From an uncultured Spirochaetota bacterium (GTDB lineage: Bacteria > Spirochaetota > Spirochaetia > SZUA-6 > CAVTHK01), in assembly GCA_963734495.1 (NCBI GenBank), contig CAVTHK010000013.1, positions 513,171-577,170 on the forward strand: a stretch of DNA of 64,000 bases, written 5' to 3'. The notes under the pieces are model-generated. The model searched no databases. It worked only from the letters and a program-made list of their open reading frames with translations, and was not told the DNA's origin. Positions 27,118 to 37,932 of this stretch are shown here, piece after piece. Every line of letters begins with the position of its first letter. Positions within the stretch are counted from its first letter, which is position 1. Position numbers and translations under genes: made by a program.

Positions 27118-28256
27118 TCAGTCCGCCGCCATCGGAAGGTCCACCGGCTTTCCGCCCAGCTCCGAAGACTTGCGGATCGCGAGGATGATCTCCTGGTCGA
27201 GCCTTCCCTGGGCCGGCGCCGTAGGTGGGCTCGCCGCCGCTGCGCACCGCGTCCACGAGGCTCATGATGCAGCCGGCCACGCCGATCTCGTCGTCGTGCC
27301 ACTGGGGGTTCGAGCCCTTCTCCTCGGTGCAGAAGGGGTTCTTCCACTCGAAGAGCTTCCCGCCCGCCGTGTGGCGCGGATCGAGACCAGCGCGCCGCCG
27401 TCGCACGCGCTCCCAGACGCGATCGAGCGTGATGAACTGCGGCTGCTCGCCGTCGGGGGTGAGGATCGAGAGCTTCTCCTCGAAGTCGAGCCCGTAAGCC
27501 GACGCTGATCCCCATGCCCTTTTCCGCGAGGAAGCGGCTGCTGCGCCACCAACGGAGCGCTGAGTCGTAGCCCACGCTGGTCCAGTGGAAGATGCCGAGG
27601 CGGCCGCCTTCGAACTCGACCATCCCGTGCTCCTGCGTCTCCTTGCGCGGCCCGTTCGTCCCGGCGATGAGCGACCAGTGCGGGGCGAGGTCGTAGCCGT
27701 GCACCGACCCGACGACCCGCACGGGCTTCGCGTCGAAGCCGAGGTAGCTGCGCATCACGCTCACGCCGTGGTAGCCGTGGCCCGAGAAGTCGTTGAACGA
27801 GGAGTAGACGCGGCCAAAGACGCCCGCGCGTATCAGCGCCAGCTTGATCTGCTCGAGCGGCCTGCGGTGGAACTGCTCCGAGACTTCGATCTTGAGCTTC
27901 TGCCTGCGGGCCGACGCGATGATGGCGTCGGCCTCGGCGAGCTTCGGCGCGATCGGCGTCTCGAGCAGCACGTTCAGGCCGTGCTCGACCGCGAGCAGGC
28001 CGACCTGCCCGTTGGAGGCGTGGGTGACCGCGACCACGCCGATCGCGGGCGAAGTCTCGCGCACCAGGCGCGAGAGGTCGGTGTACCACGGGATGCCGAG
28101 CTTCTCGCCCACCCTGCGGGCAGGCTCGGGGCTGCGGTTCCAGACGGAGACCAGCTCCACGTGCTTCGAGAGGCCCCGGAGCAGCGGAGCGTACATGTAG
28201 GCGGAGCGCTTGCCCGCGCCCACGAGCGCGACGCGCACTCGCTGGTTCTGGCTCAT
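27118..28256 (-). CDS. Gfo/Idh/MocA-family oxidoreductase (frameshifted in the 3' part)
   Basis: VRVALVGAGKRS, VWNRS, NVLLETPIA; C-terminus IRKSSELGGKPVDLPMAAD*. Confidence 0.8.
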
Positions 28257-28365
28257 GAGCCACGATACACCGGCGGCCGCGGTCTAGGGAATCACGCCCG
28301 CTCCTTGAAGCTCCTTGAGCGACAAGGGTCGGAAAGTCCATACTCGGCGTCGGGGAGGACGGTGC

Positions 28366-30374
28366 ATGTACTTCGGCGTCGACTACTATCCCGAGCACTG
28401 GCCGGAGGAGCGATGGCGGGTCGACCTCGCGATGATGAGGCAGCACGCCTTCAACATGGTCCGGGTCGCCGAGTTCGCCTGGTGCCGGCTCGAGCCGGCC
28501 GAAGGCCGCTACGACTTCGCGTGGCTCGACCGCTTCTTCGCGCTCTGCGAGAAGTCCGAGATGCAGGTGATGCTCGGCGTGCCGGTGCGCAACATCCCGG
28601 CCTGGCTCATGGAGAAGGACCCGACGATCGCCATCCAGGCCTACGAGGGCCACCGCGAGCAGTTCGGCACCCGCTACACCGTCTGCCTGAACCACCCGCG
28701 CCTGCGCGAGCGCGCGCTCGCGCTGTCGGAGCAGATGGCCCGCCGCTACGCCGAGAGCGCCGACCGTGGTCTCGTGGCACCTGGACAACGAGCTGGGCGA
28801 TGCCTCGGTCTGCTACTGCGACAACTGCCGGGCTGCCTTCATCAAGTACCTTCAGGAGAAGTACGGCAGCGTCGAAGAGATCAACCGGCGCTGGGGCCTG
28901 GTGTTCTGGAGCCTGGAGCTCTCGGGCTGGGACCAGGTGCGGGTGCCGTCGCGCAGCAACCACTTCCCGCACAACCCCGGGCTGCAGCAGGACTACCGCA
29001 GGTTCACCTCGGCGACGACGGAGGAGTGGGTCAGAGAGCAGACGGCGCTCTTCAAGCGCCTCGCGCCGCGGCAGCAGGTGACCACCAACCTGCAGAGCAT
29101 GACCCGCTACCACACCAACTACTACCGCATGGCGAGGGCGCTCGACGTCGCGTCGGTCAACTTCTACCCGCCGCTCTCCTACAACACGGTGGACCTGGAC
29201 ATCGTGCGCGGGATGAAGGGCCGGAGCTTCTGGGTGGTCGAGCAGAAGGCCGGCACGCCGGAGAACAAGGTGCGCACCGCGGGACACGTGCACACCCATG
29301 CGGGATTCCTCAACCCCGAGCCCGGGGAGACGCGCCTGTGGACCTACGAGTCGGTGGCCCACGGCGCGGAGGCGGTGCTCTACTTCCGCTGGAGGCCGAG
29401 CCCGTTCGGCGCGGAGCAGCTGCACCGCGGCGTCCTCAACCACGACGCCACGCCGAACCGCGTCTCCGAGGAGATCGGGCTCACCGGCGTCGAGCTCGGC
29501 CGGCTCGCGGACGCGCTCGATGGGACGAAGGTCGAGAACCAGGTCGCGATGCTGCTGTCCTACGAGAGCCGCTGGGCGCTCGACTACTTCTACCCGCACC
29601 CCGACCTGAAGTACCGCGACTACTTCCTGCTCTTCCACGGCGAGCTGGAGCGGCAGCACGTCGGGGTGGACGTGGTCAGCGCCCATCAGCCGCTGGGCGC
29701 CTACAGGGTCGTGATCGCGCCGCTGCTGTATCTCGCGGACCCCAAGGCGATCGAGAACCTGGTCTCCTACGTCAGGGGCGGCGGCCACCTCGTGCTCACG
29801 TTCCGCTCGTGCGCCAAGGACGAGGACGCGAACCTGTTTCCCGTCGGGGCTGCCGCGCGAGATCGCCGAGATGCTCGGCGTCGAGATCGAGGAGTCGCAG
29901 GCGCTGCGCGCCGGACAAGGGCGCGACGCTCGCTGATGGACGACGGCACGTCGTACGGCGCGTCGATGTGGATCGACATGCTGCGTGTGGGCGGCGCCCG
30001 CGTGCTCGGCCGCTACGGCAGCGGCTGGTACAGGCACAAGCCGGCGGTCACGGTGAGCGAAGGCGCCCGCGGGCGCGCCTAGTACGTCGGCACGGCGCCG
30101 GAGCCCGCCTTCTACACGGGCTTCCTCGCGGGCGTCATGCAGGCCGCGGGCGTGCAGCCGGTGCTGGCGGCGCCGCGCGCGCTCCACGTGTTCCGCAGGA
30201 CCGACGGGTCGCGGGACGTGCTGTTCCTGATGAACCCGACAGCCGAGGCGCGCGTCGTCGCCCTGCGCGGACGAGCACGTCGACCTGCTCGCGCGGCAGG
30301 CGGTCGCCGGCGACCTCGTGATCGAGCCCTTCGGCGTGCGCGTGCTGGAGCGGAGGCAGGCGTCACGTCGATAG
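28366..30374 (+). CDS. Beta-galactosidase, GH42 (frameshifted)
   Basis: MYFGVDYYPEHW, VRVAEFAWCRLEPAEG, WHLDNE, CYCDNC, FWVVEQ, AHGAEAVLYFRWR..FGAEQLH. Confidence 0.9.
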
Positions 30375-30437
30375 TTCACATTTCCGACGAGGAGCAACCG
30401 TTGCGAATTGCAGCCTAAGTGAAAGTTGACGAAATGT

Positions 30438-30669
30438 ATGAAGACCATAACAGTCAAGGAGTTAAAGGCGAACTGGGCCAGAATCGAGGAGCAGGTGAAG
30501 GCTGGGGAGACCTTTGAGGTCCTGAACCGAGGAAAGGTGGCAGCCCATATCGTCCCGGCGGCTCCACGGCAGGTCTGCGGTGGCCCGACCATCTGGCGCA
30601 GCGCCTACAGGAACGACGGGTCGCAGGGGCTCGGACATCGTCCGCGAGCAGCGGGCCGGACGCGGATGA
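30438..30669 (+). CDS. Phd/YefM-family antitoxin
   Basis: MKTITVKELKANWARIEEQVKAGETFEVLNRGKVAAHIVP; the 3' end is uncertain (indel). Confidence 0.75.
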
Positions 30670-30830
30670 TCTACCTGGACACCAGCGCGTTCATCAAGCT
30701 CTACCTGTTCGAGGATGGCTGCTTGTGCGACGCGTCTCTCTTCGTCACCGCTGACTGGCGTCAGGCAGCTCTGGCCGGCGCCGGCGGTCGGCCGGTCAAG
30801 CTGGTCTCGCCGGCGACGCCGCCAAGCTGA
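30666..30830 (+). pseudogene. VapC/PIN toxin with an internal deletion
   Basis: MIYLDTSAFIKLY joined almost directly to LFVTADWRQAALA; only 54 codons, middle of the PIN domain missing. Confidence 0.7.
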
Positions 30831-30903
30831 CGCACCGGCGCCCGCCGCCCGCGCCGGATCAGCACCCCAGCGAGTACGCTGGGCGTGGGTGCTGACGAAG
30901 ACG

Positions 30904-32832
30904 TCAGCTTAGCAGCCCGCCCCGTGCTCCAGCGGCAGCGGCGTCCACTGCCTGCCTTCGAGGCGGAAGAGCCGCACCTCCTTGCTGCCGAGGTCCAGCG
31001 GGATGCGCGCCCCGGTTTCCGAATCGAGCAGCGTCGTCTCGAGCGGCCTGTGCACGTGATTGATCACGACGAGCACGCTGCTCGCGAGCGCTCGCGAGCA
31101 CGACCGCCTCGAGCCACGGGTTCTTTCCGGCGAAGCGGACCCGCACCCCCGAGGCGGCAGCAGCGGCGGCGTAGAGCCGGTACGCGTTGGTCGTCATGTT
31201 CCCGTCGGGCGTGTTGAGCAGCATGTACTCCAGCGGGTAGGCGCAGAGGAACGCGCGGCCCGCGCCGAGCTCGTGCACGAGCAGCGCCGGCCTGCCGCCG
31301 TCATCCTCCACCAGCACCCGCGCGGCCTCAGGCTCCAGCGGAAGATACGCGCCCTCCCGGCCCGCCTTGCCGCGCGGCAGCACGATCTCCTCTCCGCGCT
31401 TCAGGCCTCCCCAGTCGGCGACGGCGCGCAGCCGCACCGGGTCCTGCTCCGGCTGCTCGAGCTGCCCGAAGCGGATGCGCTGCCGGCAGCCGAAGAGCGC
31501 CTCGAAGTTCTGCGCGTACACGCCGCCGCGGAAGCCCGTGTACGTGTAGAAGATCGAGCCGCCCTCGCGCACCCATCGCTCGAGCCGCGTCCACTCCGGC
31601 GCCTTGAGGCGCGCCCCCGCGGGCAGGAACAGCAGCCTGCGGCCGGCGAGCTCGCCGAACCCGCGCACGAAGTCCGGGTTGAGGCCTGCCATCTTGGCCA
31701 AGGTGAAGGCCTGCTCCAGCGCCCGGTACCCCCTCAGGCGGTCGAACCCGTGGTGCGGCAGGTCCTCGTACATGGCGTAAGGGACCCAGATCGCTTCCGC
31801 GGGCGCCTCCATCTCCAGCTCGTCGAAGCGCAGCTCCTTCGAGAGCCGCGCGAACTCCGCGAGCACCCTTCCCTGCCCCTTGAGCTCGTGCCGCGCGCTG
31901 GCCACGCCGTAGGTGAGCTCGTGCGGCTGGAACGAGTACGGCACCTCTTCGGGCAGGTCGAAGTCCGTGAGGCACCACGCGAGGGCGCCGCAGGCGCCGT
32001 TGGCCAGCGCGCTCCAGAGCACCGAGCGGTAGTAGCCCGCCGCCTCCTCGCGGCCGGCGATCAGGTCGGAGAGGCCGAACTCCTCCAGCAGCACGGGCTT
32101 GCCCACGTCGACGTAGCGGAGGCGGCAGGGGATGTGGTAGCTCTTGCGCAGCTCGTCGGAGTCGCCCGCCTCGAACGCGAAGTAGTTGTAGAGGTGCACG
32201 CCGACCCAGTCGACGTGGTCGCGGACCCACTCCACGCGGAAGCCGTCGTAGTTGTCGCGCACCTCGCAGCGCGCGCCGTCGCCCGTGCTGACGAGCGCCT
32301 CGGGGTCCGCCTCCTTGACCGCCTGGTGCATCGCGCGCGTCCACATCGTCGCGGTCTCCGGCGCGAGCGACCCGGTGTAGTTGGGCAGCTCGTTGGTGAG
32401 GATCCAGCCGAAGATCGCGGGGTGGCCGCGGAATCGGCCGACGACCCTGCGCACGAGGTCGGCTTCCCAGTAGACCATGTAGGGGTCCGCGCAGAAGTCG
32501 CGCCCCTGCCTCCACGGGATGTCCCAGTCGGTGCCGGACATGTGGCCGACGAAGAACGTCGGGAAGACCCCGATGCCATGGCTGCGCGCGATCTCGAGAA
32601 AGGCGGCGAAGCGCTCGAGCACCTGCTCGCTCACCACGCCCGGCAGCGGGTTGAGCTCGGGCGACCAGAAGAAGGTGCGCAGGCTGTTGAGGCCGATCGA
32701 CTCGGCGAGGGCGAGGTCGCGCTCGACGGCGTCCGCGTCCCAGCGCTCCCACATGCGGTGCGCCGCGTGCGACGCCCAGTAGTTGGCGCCGACCAGGAAC
32801 GGCGCCTTGCGCGTGAGGATGCTGCGGCGCAT
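30904..32832 (-). CDS. Clan GH-A glycoside hydrolase (GH5-like beta-mannanase/mannosidase) with a C-terminal GH42-type domain
   Basis: GANYWASHA..MW..WD, FFVGHMSG, WILTNE (acid/base), PVLLEEFG (nucleophile), WCLTDF, PYSFQPHEL. Confidence 0.8.
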   Translation of the reverse strand: MRRSILTRKAPFLVGANYWASHAAHRMWERWDADAVERDLALAESIGLNSLRTFFWSPELNPLPGVVSEQVLERFAAFLEIARSHGIGVFPTFFVGHMSGTDWDIPWRQGRDFCADPYMVYWEADLVRRVVGRFRGHPAIFGWILTNELPNYTGSLAPETATMWTRAMHQAVKEADPEALVSTGDGARCEVRDNYDGFRVEWVRDHVDWVGVHLYNYFAFEAGDSDELRKSYHIPCRLRYVDVGKPVLLEEFGLSDLIAGREEAAGYYRSVLWSALANGACGALAWCLTDFDLPEEVPYSFQPHELTYGVASARHELKGQGRVLAEFARLSKELRFDELEMEAPAEAIWVPYAMYEDLPHHGFDRLRGYRALEQAFTLAKMAGLNPDFVRGFGELAGRRLLFLPAGARLKAPEWTRLERWVREGGSIFYTYTGFRGGVYAQNFEALFGCRQRIRFGQLEQPEQDPVRLRAVADWGGLKRGEEIVLPRGKAGREGAYLPLEPEAARVLVEDDGGRPALLVHELGAGRAFLCAYPLEYMLLNTPDGNMTTNAYRLYAAAAAASGVRVRFAGKNPWLEAVVLASAREQRARRDQSRAQAARDDAARFGNRGAHPAGPRQQGGAALPPRRQAVDAAAAGARGGLLS

Positions 32833-32851
32833 GGGAACCTCCCGGGGTCTG

Positions 32852-33729
32852 CTATCCCTTTGTCGCGCCGGCGGTGAGCCCGCCGACCAGGTATCTCTGG
32901 GCGAACAGCGCGAAGAGGAAGGACGGGATCGCCACGATCAGAGAAGCGGCGAGCACCTCGCCGGTGTGGCTGCCCTCGCGCGCGTTGTAGTCCGCGATGA
33001 CGACCGGGAGCGTCCGCAGCTTCTCGCTGATCAGGAACGTGTTGGGCAGCAGGTAGTTGTTCCACACCCCGATAAAGGTCATGACCGCCGAGGCCGCCAG
33101 GCCCGGGAGCGACACCGGCACGTAGACGTGCCAGAGAGCGCGCAGCTTGCTCAGGCCGTCGATGGTGGCGGCGTCGAGCAGGTCGCGCGGAATGGTCTCG
33201 AAGTAGGCCTGCAGCACCCAGATCGCCACCGGCAGCTCGAAGGCCATCATCGCGACGATCAGGCCCTGGTGGGTGTTGATGAGCCCGACGCGGGTGAGCA
33301 GGATGTAGAGCGGGATCACGACGAGGATCTGCGGGAACATGTAGACGAGCAGCACGAGCTTCGAGGCGGTTTCGCGGCCGCGGTAGGAGTACACGGTGTG
33401 GCTGTAGGCGGCGAGCGCGGCGAGCGTCGCGGTCAGCGCCATCGTGAGCAGCGAAAGGTAGACGCTGTTGAAGAGGAACCGCCCCATGCCGAGCTGGCCG
33501 AAGACGACGCGCACGTAGTGCAGCGAGAGCTGCTGCGGGATCAGGCGCGGCGGGATGCGATGACCGTGGCCGGGGTCTGCAGGGCCGAGACCGCGAGCCA
33601 GTAGAACGGGAACAGGATCGGGATCATGACGGCCACGACGAGGACATGCAGCCCCACAGTCGCGCAGGCTCCTGCTCGCCGTCACGCGGCGCCGGTACGC
33701 CCCAAGGCCGCGGAGGTCTTGCCGCTCAT
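32852..33729 (-). CDS. Carbohydrate ABC transporter permease (MalG-like; 5' frameshifts)
   Basis: FLFNS, MFPQILVVIPLY, IPRDLLDAATIDG (EAA loop), WNNYL, QRYLVGGLTAGATKG; ATGA overlap with the upstream gene. Confidence 0.88.
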
Positions 33730-34631
33730 GAGAGGGTCCTCTTTCTCAGCCAGAAGTAGGCGAGGGCAAAGCCCATGAGGATCAGGAACAGCAGCACGGT
33801 GATGGCCGCACCTTCGCCCATGCGATAGCCGCTGAAGGCCCGCAGGTACGCGTAGATCGGCGGGGTTTCGGTCGAGGCTGCCGGGCCCCCGCGCGTCATG
33901 ATCCACGGCAGGTCGTAGAAGTTGAAGATCCAGATCGTGCGGAGGATGCCGGCGATCAGGATGATCGGGGCGAGGAGCGGCAGCGTGATCCGGCTGTACA
34001 TCTGCCACGGACCCGCGCCGTCGACCACGGCGGCCTGGTAGAGCTCGAGGGAGATCCCCTGCAGCCCGGCCAGGAACATGGTCACCATGAGCGGCACGCC
34101 GCGCCAGACGTTGGCCACGACCAGGATGAACATCGCGAGGCCGGGCTTTGCAAGCCACGGGATCGGCTCCTTGAGCACGCCGATCCAGATCAGCATGTAG
34201 TTCAATATCCCGAAGATGTCGTGGAACATCCAGCGGAAGATGATCGCTACGGTGACGGTCGGGACCAGCCACGGTGTGATCATCAGCCCGCGCCAGAGCG
34301 TCTTCCACCGCAGGCGCGGGTGGTTCAGGAGCTGGGCCATGGCCAGCCCGATCACGATCTGCGGAATGAGCGACCCGAACGTGAAGACGAGCCCCTTGCC
34401 GAGTGAGGCCCAGAACTCCGGGTCGGACAGGATGCTCGCGTAGTTCTCGAGCCCGATGAAGCGCCTCTCGTTGGGCTTGACCAGGTGCCAGTACCAGGTG
34501 CTCAGGTAGCCGGCGAATGCGATCGGGTAAATGACGATGAAGAAGATGACCAGGAGGGAAGGGGCATAGAGGGCAAAGCCCTCTATGCCCTCCCTCCGCA
34601 TGCTTCGTCTGAGGCTGCGGCGGCCGCGCAT
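33726..34631 (-). CDS. Carbohydrate ABC transporter permease (MalF-like)
   Basis: FIGLENY, PWLVP, LAGLQGISLELYQAAVVDGA, ITLPLL, MTRGGPA. Confidence 0.92.
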   Translation of the reverse strand: MRGRRSLRRSMRREGIEGFALYAPSLLVIFFIVIYPIAFAGYLSTWYWHLVKPNERRFIGLENYASILSDPEFWASLGKGLVFTFGSLIPQIVIGLAMAQLLNHPRLRWKTLWRGLMITPWLVPTVTVAIIFRWMFHDIFGILNYMLIWIGVLKEPIPWLAKPGLAMFILVVANVWRGVPLMVTMFLAGLQGISLELYQAAVVDGAGPWQMYSRITLPLLAPIILIAGILRTIWIFNFYDLPWIMTRGGPAASTETPPIYAYLRAFSGYRMGEGAAITVLLFLILMGFALAYFWLRKRTLS

Positions 34632-34638
34632 CCTGGTC

Positions 34639-35952
34639 CTACTGCCCCATGACCTTCTTGAGCTCGTCACTGATCTTTTTGACGGCCTGTTCGGCGGTGA
34701 TCCCCTTGGTGAGCATGTCGTTGAGCGCATTGGGCAGGATCACCTTGGCCTCGATCTCGCCGGCCCACGGGTTCGGCCCGTTCCACATCGAGATCCCCGC
34801 TGAGAACTTGAGGATCTCCGGCGCGAGCGGCAGCAGCGGCTTGAGCTCGTCCGGCTGCCCGTCGATGTAGCGCTGCAGCTTGTAGTGCGCCTCCACGGCG
34901 GAGAACATCGCGTGCGGGTAGCTCAGGTAGTAGTCGATCAGCCGGTCGCCCTCGAACATGAACTCCATGAAGTTCTTGGCCAGGCCGACATTGCCTTTCT
35001 GGAACGCGGCAACTCCGACCCACCCCTGGCTGGAGCCGAGCCTCTTGCGCGGCGGCACCGTGATGGAGCCCATGTCCGCGACCATCGCCGGGTTCTTTGC
35101 CTTGATGAACGTGTAGACCTCGGGGGTGTCGTAGCGGCTCGCCAGCACCCCGCTGGCAACGAGCTGCGAGACGTCGTCGGTCACGTAGCTCACGACTCCC
35201 GGAGGTGCCGCGTCCTTGAGCAGTCTGTAAAGGTACTGGTAGGTCTCGACCGTGGCGGGCTGGTCGATGTTGAGCTTCCATCCGCTCTTCGAAGTCGTGT
35301 CCTTGTCGAAGATCGTGACGCCGTTGGACAGCAGGAAGCCCGAGATTGGCTTGCTGCCATGGATGTCGGCAAACGGGATGGCGAAGCCGTAGCGCTTCTT
35401 CGCCGGATCCGTGACGGCCTTGGCGATGTTGTAGAAATCCTCCCAGCTCTTCGGAACACCCTTTCCGGCCTCCGCAGCCCAGCTCTTGCGGTAGGTGATG
35501 AAGTGGGGTGTCACGTAGATCGGGAGCGAGTAGGCCTTCCCGTCATAGCTGCCGAGCACGCTCAGAGCCGTCCCGAGGAAGATCTTTGGCCCGCCGAGCT
35601 TGTCGATCGTGTCATCGAGGGCAGCGATGGAGCCGTTGGCGCCCAAGGTCTGGGGCGCGCCCTGCCCGATGGTCGCCCAGTCCGGCGGGTTGCCCGCCAT
35701 GGATGCGGCAATCATCTTGTCCAGGTAGCCGGTCCAGCCGATCACGTTGATCTCGGCGACCACGCCCGGGTGCGCCTTCTGGTAGTCCTGCACGATCTTC
35801 TCGAGCGCCTTGGCGCGCGATTCCTGCGTGAGCGTGGACCAGATGACGAACTTCCCGGTGAGTGGCTTAGCCGTCTCCTTCTGTGCGCCCGCGAACAGCG
35901 GGAGCGCAAGGAGAACGGCGACAACGACGAACACTGTCACCTTCGCTCTCAT
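34639..35952 (-). CDS. Carbohydrate ABC transporter substrate-binding protein
   Basis: Signal peptide LALPLFAGAQKE after a GAGGAGGG RBS; GNPPD, DGKAYSLP, YRKSW, PKSWEDF. Confidence 0.9.
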   Translation of the reverse strand: MRAKVTVFVVVAVLLALPLFAGAQKETAKPLTGKFVIWSTLTQESRAKALEKIVQDYQKAHPGVVAEINVIGWTGYLDKMIAASMAGNPPDWATIGQGAPQTLGANGSIAALDDTIDKLGGPKIFLGTALSVLGSYDGKAYSLPIYVTPHFITYRKSWAAEAGKGVPKSWEDFYNIAKAVTDPAKKRYGFAIPFADIHGSKPISGFLLSNGVTIFDKDTTSKSGWKLNIDQPATVETYQYLYRLLKDAAPPGVVSYVTDDVSQLVASGVLASRYDTPEVYTFIKAKNPAMVADMGSITVPPRKRLGSSQGWVGVAAFQKGNVGLAKNFMEFMFEGDRLIDYYLSYPHAMFSAVEAHYKLQRYIDGQPDELKPLLPLAPEILKFSAGISMWNGPNPWAGEIEAKVILPNALNDMLTKGITAEQAVKKISDELKKVMGQ

Positions 35953-36059
35953 GGAACCCTCCTCTCCTGTGTTGAGAGCCATAGTTTAACCGCAGTTGCC
36001 CCGCTGCGCAACTTCGCGTCGCGCCCGCCCCGGCGTCAGGCAAGCTTGGTGGAGTACCG

Positions 36060-37043
36060 CTATGCCAGCAGAAACACCTTGCCGGCCTTTCCCGAGACGA
36101 ACACGTCGAAGGCTTCCTGCGCGCTCGACAGCGGGTATTCGTGGGTGATGATCTCCTCCGCTTTCTCCGAGCGGCGCAGGAGCTCCGCCATCTCGTCCCA
36201 GTCGTTGAGGTTGAAGTGCCAGGCGCCCAGAAGAGTCAGACCCTTGTTGATGAAGTCCGCCGTCGGGTTGACGGCGAACGGTTCCCGGTTCTGGCCGATC
36301 CACGCGGCCATGCCTCCCGGGCCGAGGGCGTCGAGGCACAGGCGCTGGGCCGTCGGGTTGCCGGAGGCGTCGAGCGCCCGCGTCGGCCCGCCGGGGGCCG
36401 CGGCTTCGCCGATCAGCTCGCGGATGCGGGCGTCGCCCGCATCGAGGGCGGCGTCGGCGCCGAGCCGCAGAGCGAGCTCGCGGCGGTAGGGCTCGACGTC
36501 GGCGCCGACGACGCGCGCGCCGCGGGCCTTGCCGATGACGACGGCGCCGAGGCCCACGGGCCCGAGCCCGGTGACCAGCAGCGTGTCGGCGGCGCCGACC
36601 GCCATGCGCTTCTGCGCGTTGAACGCGGGCGCCAGCGCGCAGCCCGCCAGGGCGCCCCTGCGGAAGGAGATGTCGTCGGGCAGCGGGCTCAGCACGAAGT
36701 CCTGCACCCGCACGTACTCGGCAAAGTGCGTCTCCCAGGCCGGCTTGCTCCTGCAGAGGATGTAGTTGCCCGTGCGGCACTCGCGGCAGCGGCCGCAGCC
36801 GGAAAGCGGGTTGATCACGACGCGGTCGCCGGCCCGCACGCGGCTCGAGCCGGCCACGGCGGCGACCTCGCCCGTGCCCTCGTGCCCGGCCGTGCGCACC
36901 GGCTGGTCGGAAAAGAAGGCCTTGCGGTCGCTGCCGCAGATCGGCGACACCCGCACGCGGACCACCACCCACTCGCCGCCGGGGACGGGGTCGGGGCACT
37001 CCTCGACCCGGGCCGTGCCCTTGTGGAGAACGATTCGTCTCAT
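36060..37043 (-). CDS. Zn-dependent alcohol dehydrogenase (MDR family)
   Basis: ICGSD, GHEGTGEV, GDRV, CGRCRECRTG...C, TGLGPVGL. Confidence 0.92.
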   Translation of the reverse strand: MRRIVLHKGTARVEECPDPVPGGEWVVVRVRVSPICGSDRKAFFSDQPVRTAGHEGTGEVAAVAGSSRVRAGDRVVINPLSGCGRCRECRTGNYILCRSKPAWETHFAEYVRVQDFVLSPLPDDISFRRGALAGCALAPAFNAQKRMAVGAADTLLVTGLGPVGLGAVVIGKARGARVVGADVEPYRRELALRLGADAALDAGDARIRELIGEAAAPGGPTRALDASGNPTAQRLCLDALGPGGMAAWIGQNREPFAVNPTADFINKGLTLLGAWHFNLNDWDEMAELLRRSEKAEEIITHEYPLSSAQEAFDVFVSGKAGKVFLLA

Positions 37044-37876
37044 GTTTCCCGCCAGATCGCCTCGAGGGAGGCCTTGGTCGCGGCCAGAGCCTCGTTCGGG
37101 TTCATGCGCTTGACCCGCTCGCTGAACGGCTCGACGATGATCGGCCCGCTGTAGTTGATCGTCCGCAGCGCCCCCATGAACGCGGCGAGGTCGATCACCC
37201 CGCTCTCCGCGGGCAGGCAGCGGACCGTGTCGACGAGCTGGTCGATCGGGATGCCCTTGGGCGCGTCGTTGACGTGCACCGTCACGATCTGAGCGTCCGT
37301 GCAGCCGGTGATGTCCGCGACGGAGTGGCGTGCCGTGTACCAGTGCCAGGCGTCGAGCAGCAGCCCGACGTTGCCCGTGCCGATCGCGTCGGCGAGCTCG
37401 AGCATGCCCGGCAGCGTGTGGATGAACTCGTAGCGGTGGCCGTCGCGCAAGCTTTTCGGCCCGAGGAACTCCAGGCCGAGGCGGGCGCCGTGGGCGGCGA
37501 GGATGCGCGCGCACTCGCCGAGCCTCGTCCGGTGCAGCTCGAAATTGGCCTTGAAGTCCAGGGCGTCGCTCCAGGAAAAGATGTAGGTGCTGCAGCGGTC
37601 GAACCCGGCGGCCGCGGCCGCGGCGACCCGCGGCTCGAGCAGCGCGAGCTCGCGCCGGAACGTCTCTTCGTCCGCGCGGAAGTTCACCGGCAGCCCGTAG
37701 CCCGCGGGCTTCAGGCGCAGCTCGTCCAGGAGTGCGCGGAGCCGCTGCGGGCCGGCCTCCAGGTCCTCCACGAGGTTGATGTGCACCCCTCTGAACCCGA
37801 GCCGCGCGGCCATGCGCGCCGCGGGCTCCAGCGGCAGGTTGATCCCCAGCACCCGGAACGCAACGGCCTGATACAC
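37040..37876 (-). CDS. Sugar phosphate isomerase/epimerase (xylose isomerase-like TIM barrel)
   Basis: GTG after AAGGAGGT; LGLEFLGP, NVGLLLDAWHW, VHVNDA, RCLPAESGVID, YSGPIIVEPF. Confidence 0.88.
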   Translation of the reverse strand: MYQAVAFRVLGINLPLEPAARMAARLGFRGVHINLVEDLEAGPQRLRALLDELRLKPAGYGLPVNFRADEETFRRELALLEPRVAAAAAAGFDRCSTYIFSWSDALDFKANFELHRTRLGECARILAAHGARLGLEFLGPKSLRDGHRYEFIHTLPGMLELADAIGTGNVGLLLDAWHWYTARHSVADITGCTDAQIVTVHVNDAPKGIPIDQLVDTVRCLPAESGVIDLAAFMGALRTINYSGPIIVEPFSERVKRMNPNEALAATKASLEAIWRET

Positions 37877-37932
37877 CCGGCACCTCCTTGATGTGCGCCG
37901 ACTATCAGCCGCGTCGCGCGTTTGGTCAAGCG

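Larger units (their letters stand above)
25538..27135. mobile_element. Putative DUF222/HNH insertion element bounded by 21-bp direct repeats
   Basis: GACTCAGTCCGCCGCCATCGG at 25538-25558 and 27115-27135; it duplicates the last codons and stop of the downstream minus-strand gene. Confidence 0.7.

Noticed and set aside
25538-27135. tRNA-type attL/attR or group I/II intron
   Set aside because: The repeat is a protein-gene 3' end, with no tRNA, no integrase and no recognisable intron core.
30080-30082. In-frame TAG in GH42 as pyrrolysine or readthrough
   Set aside because: Context GRA*YVG suggests TGG; a single substitution in error-prone sequence, and no pyl genes are seen.
30426-30830. Natural antitoxin-toxin fusion ORF
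   Set aside because: The ATGA-type junction at 30666 and the garbled middle indicate two genes joined by an indel.
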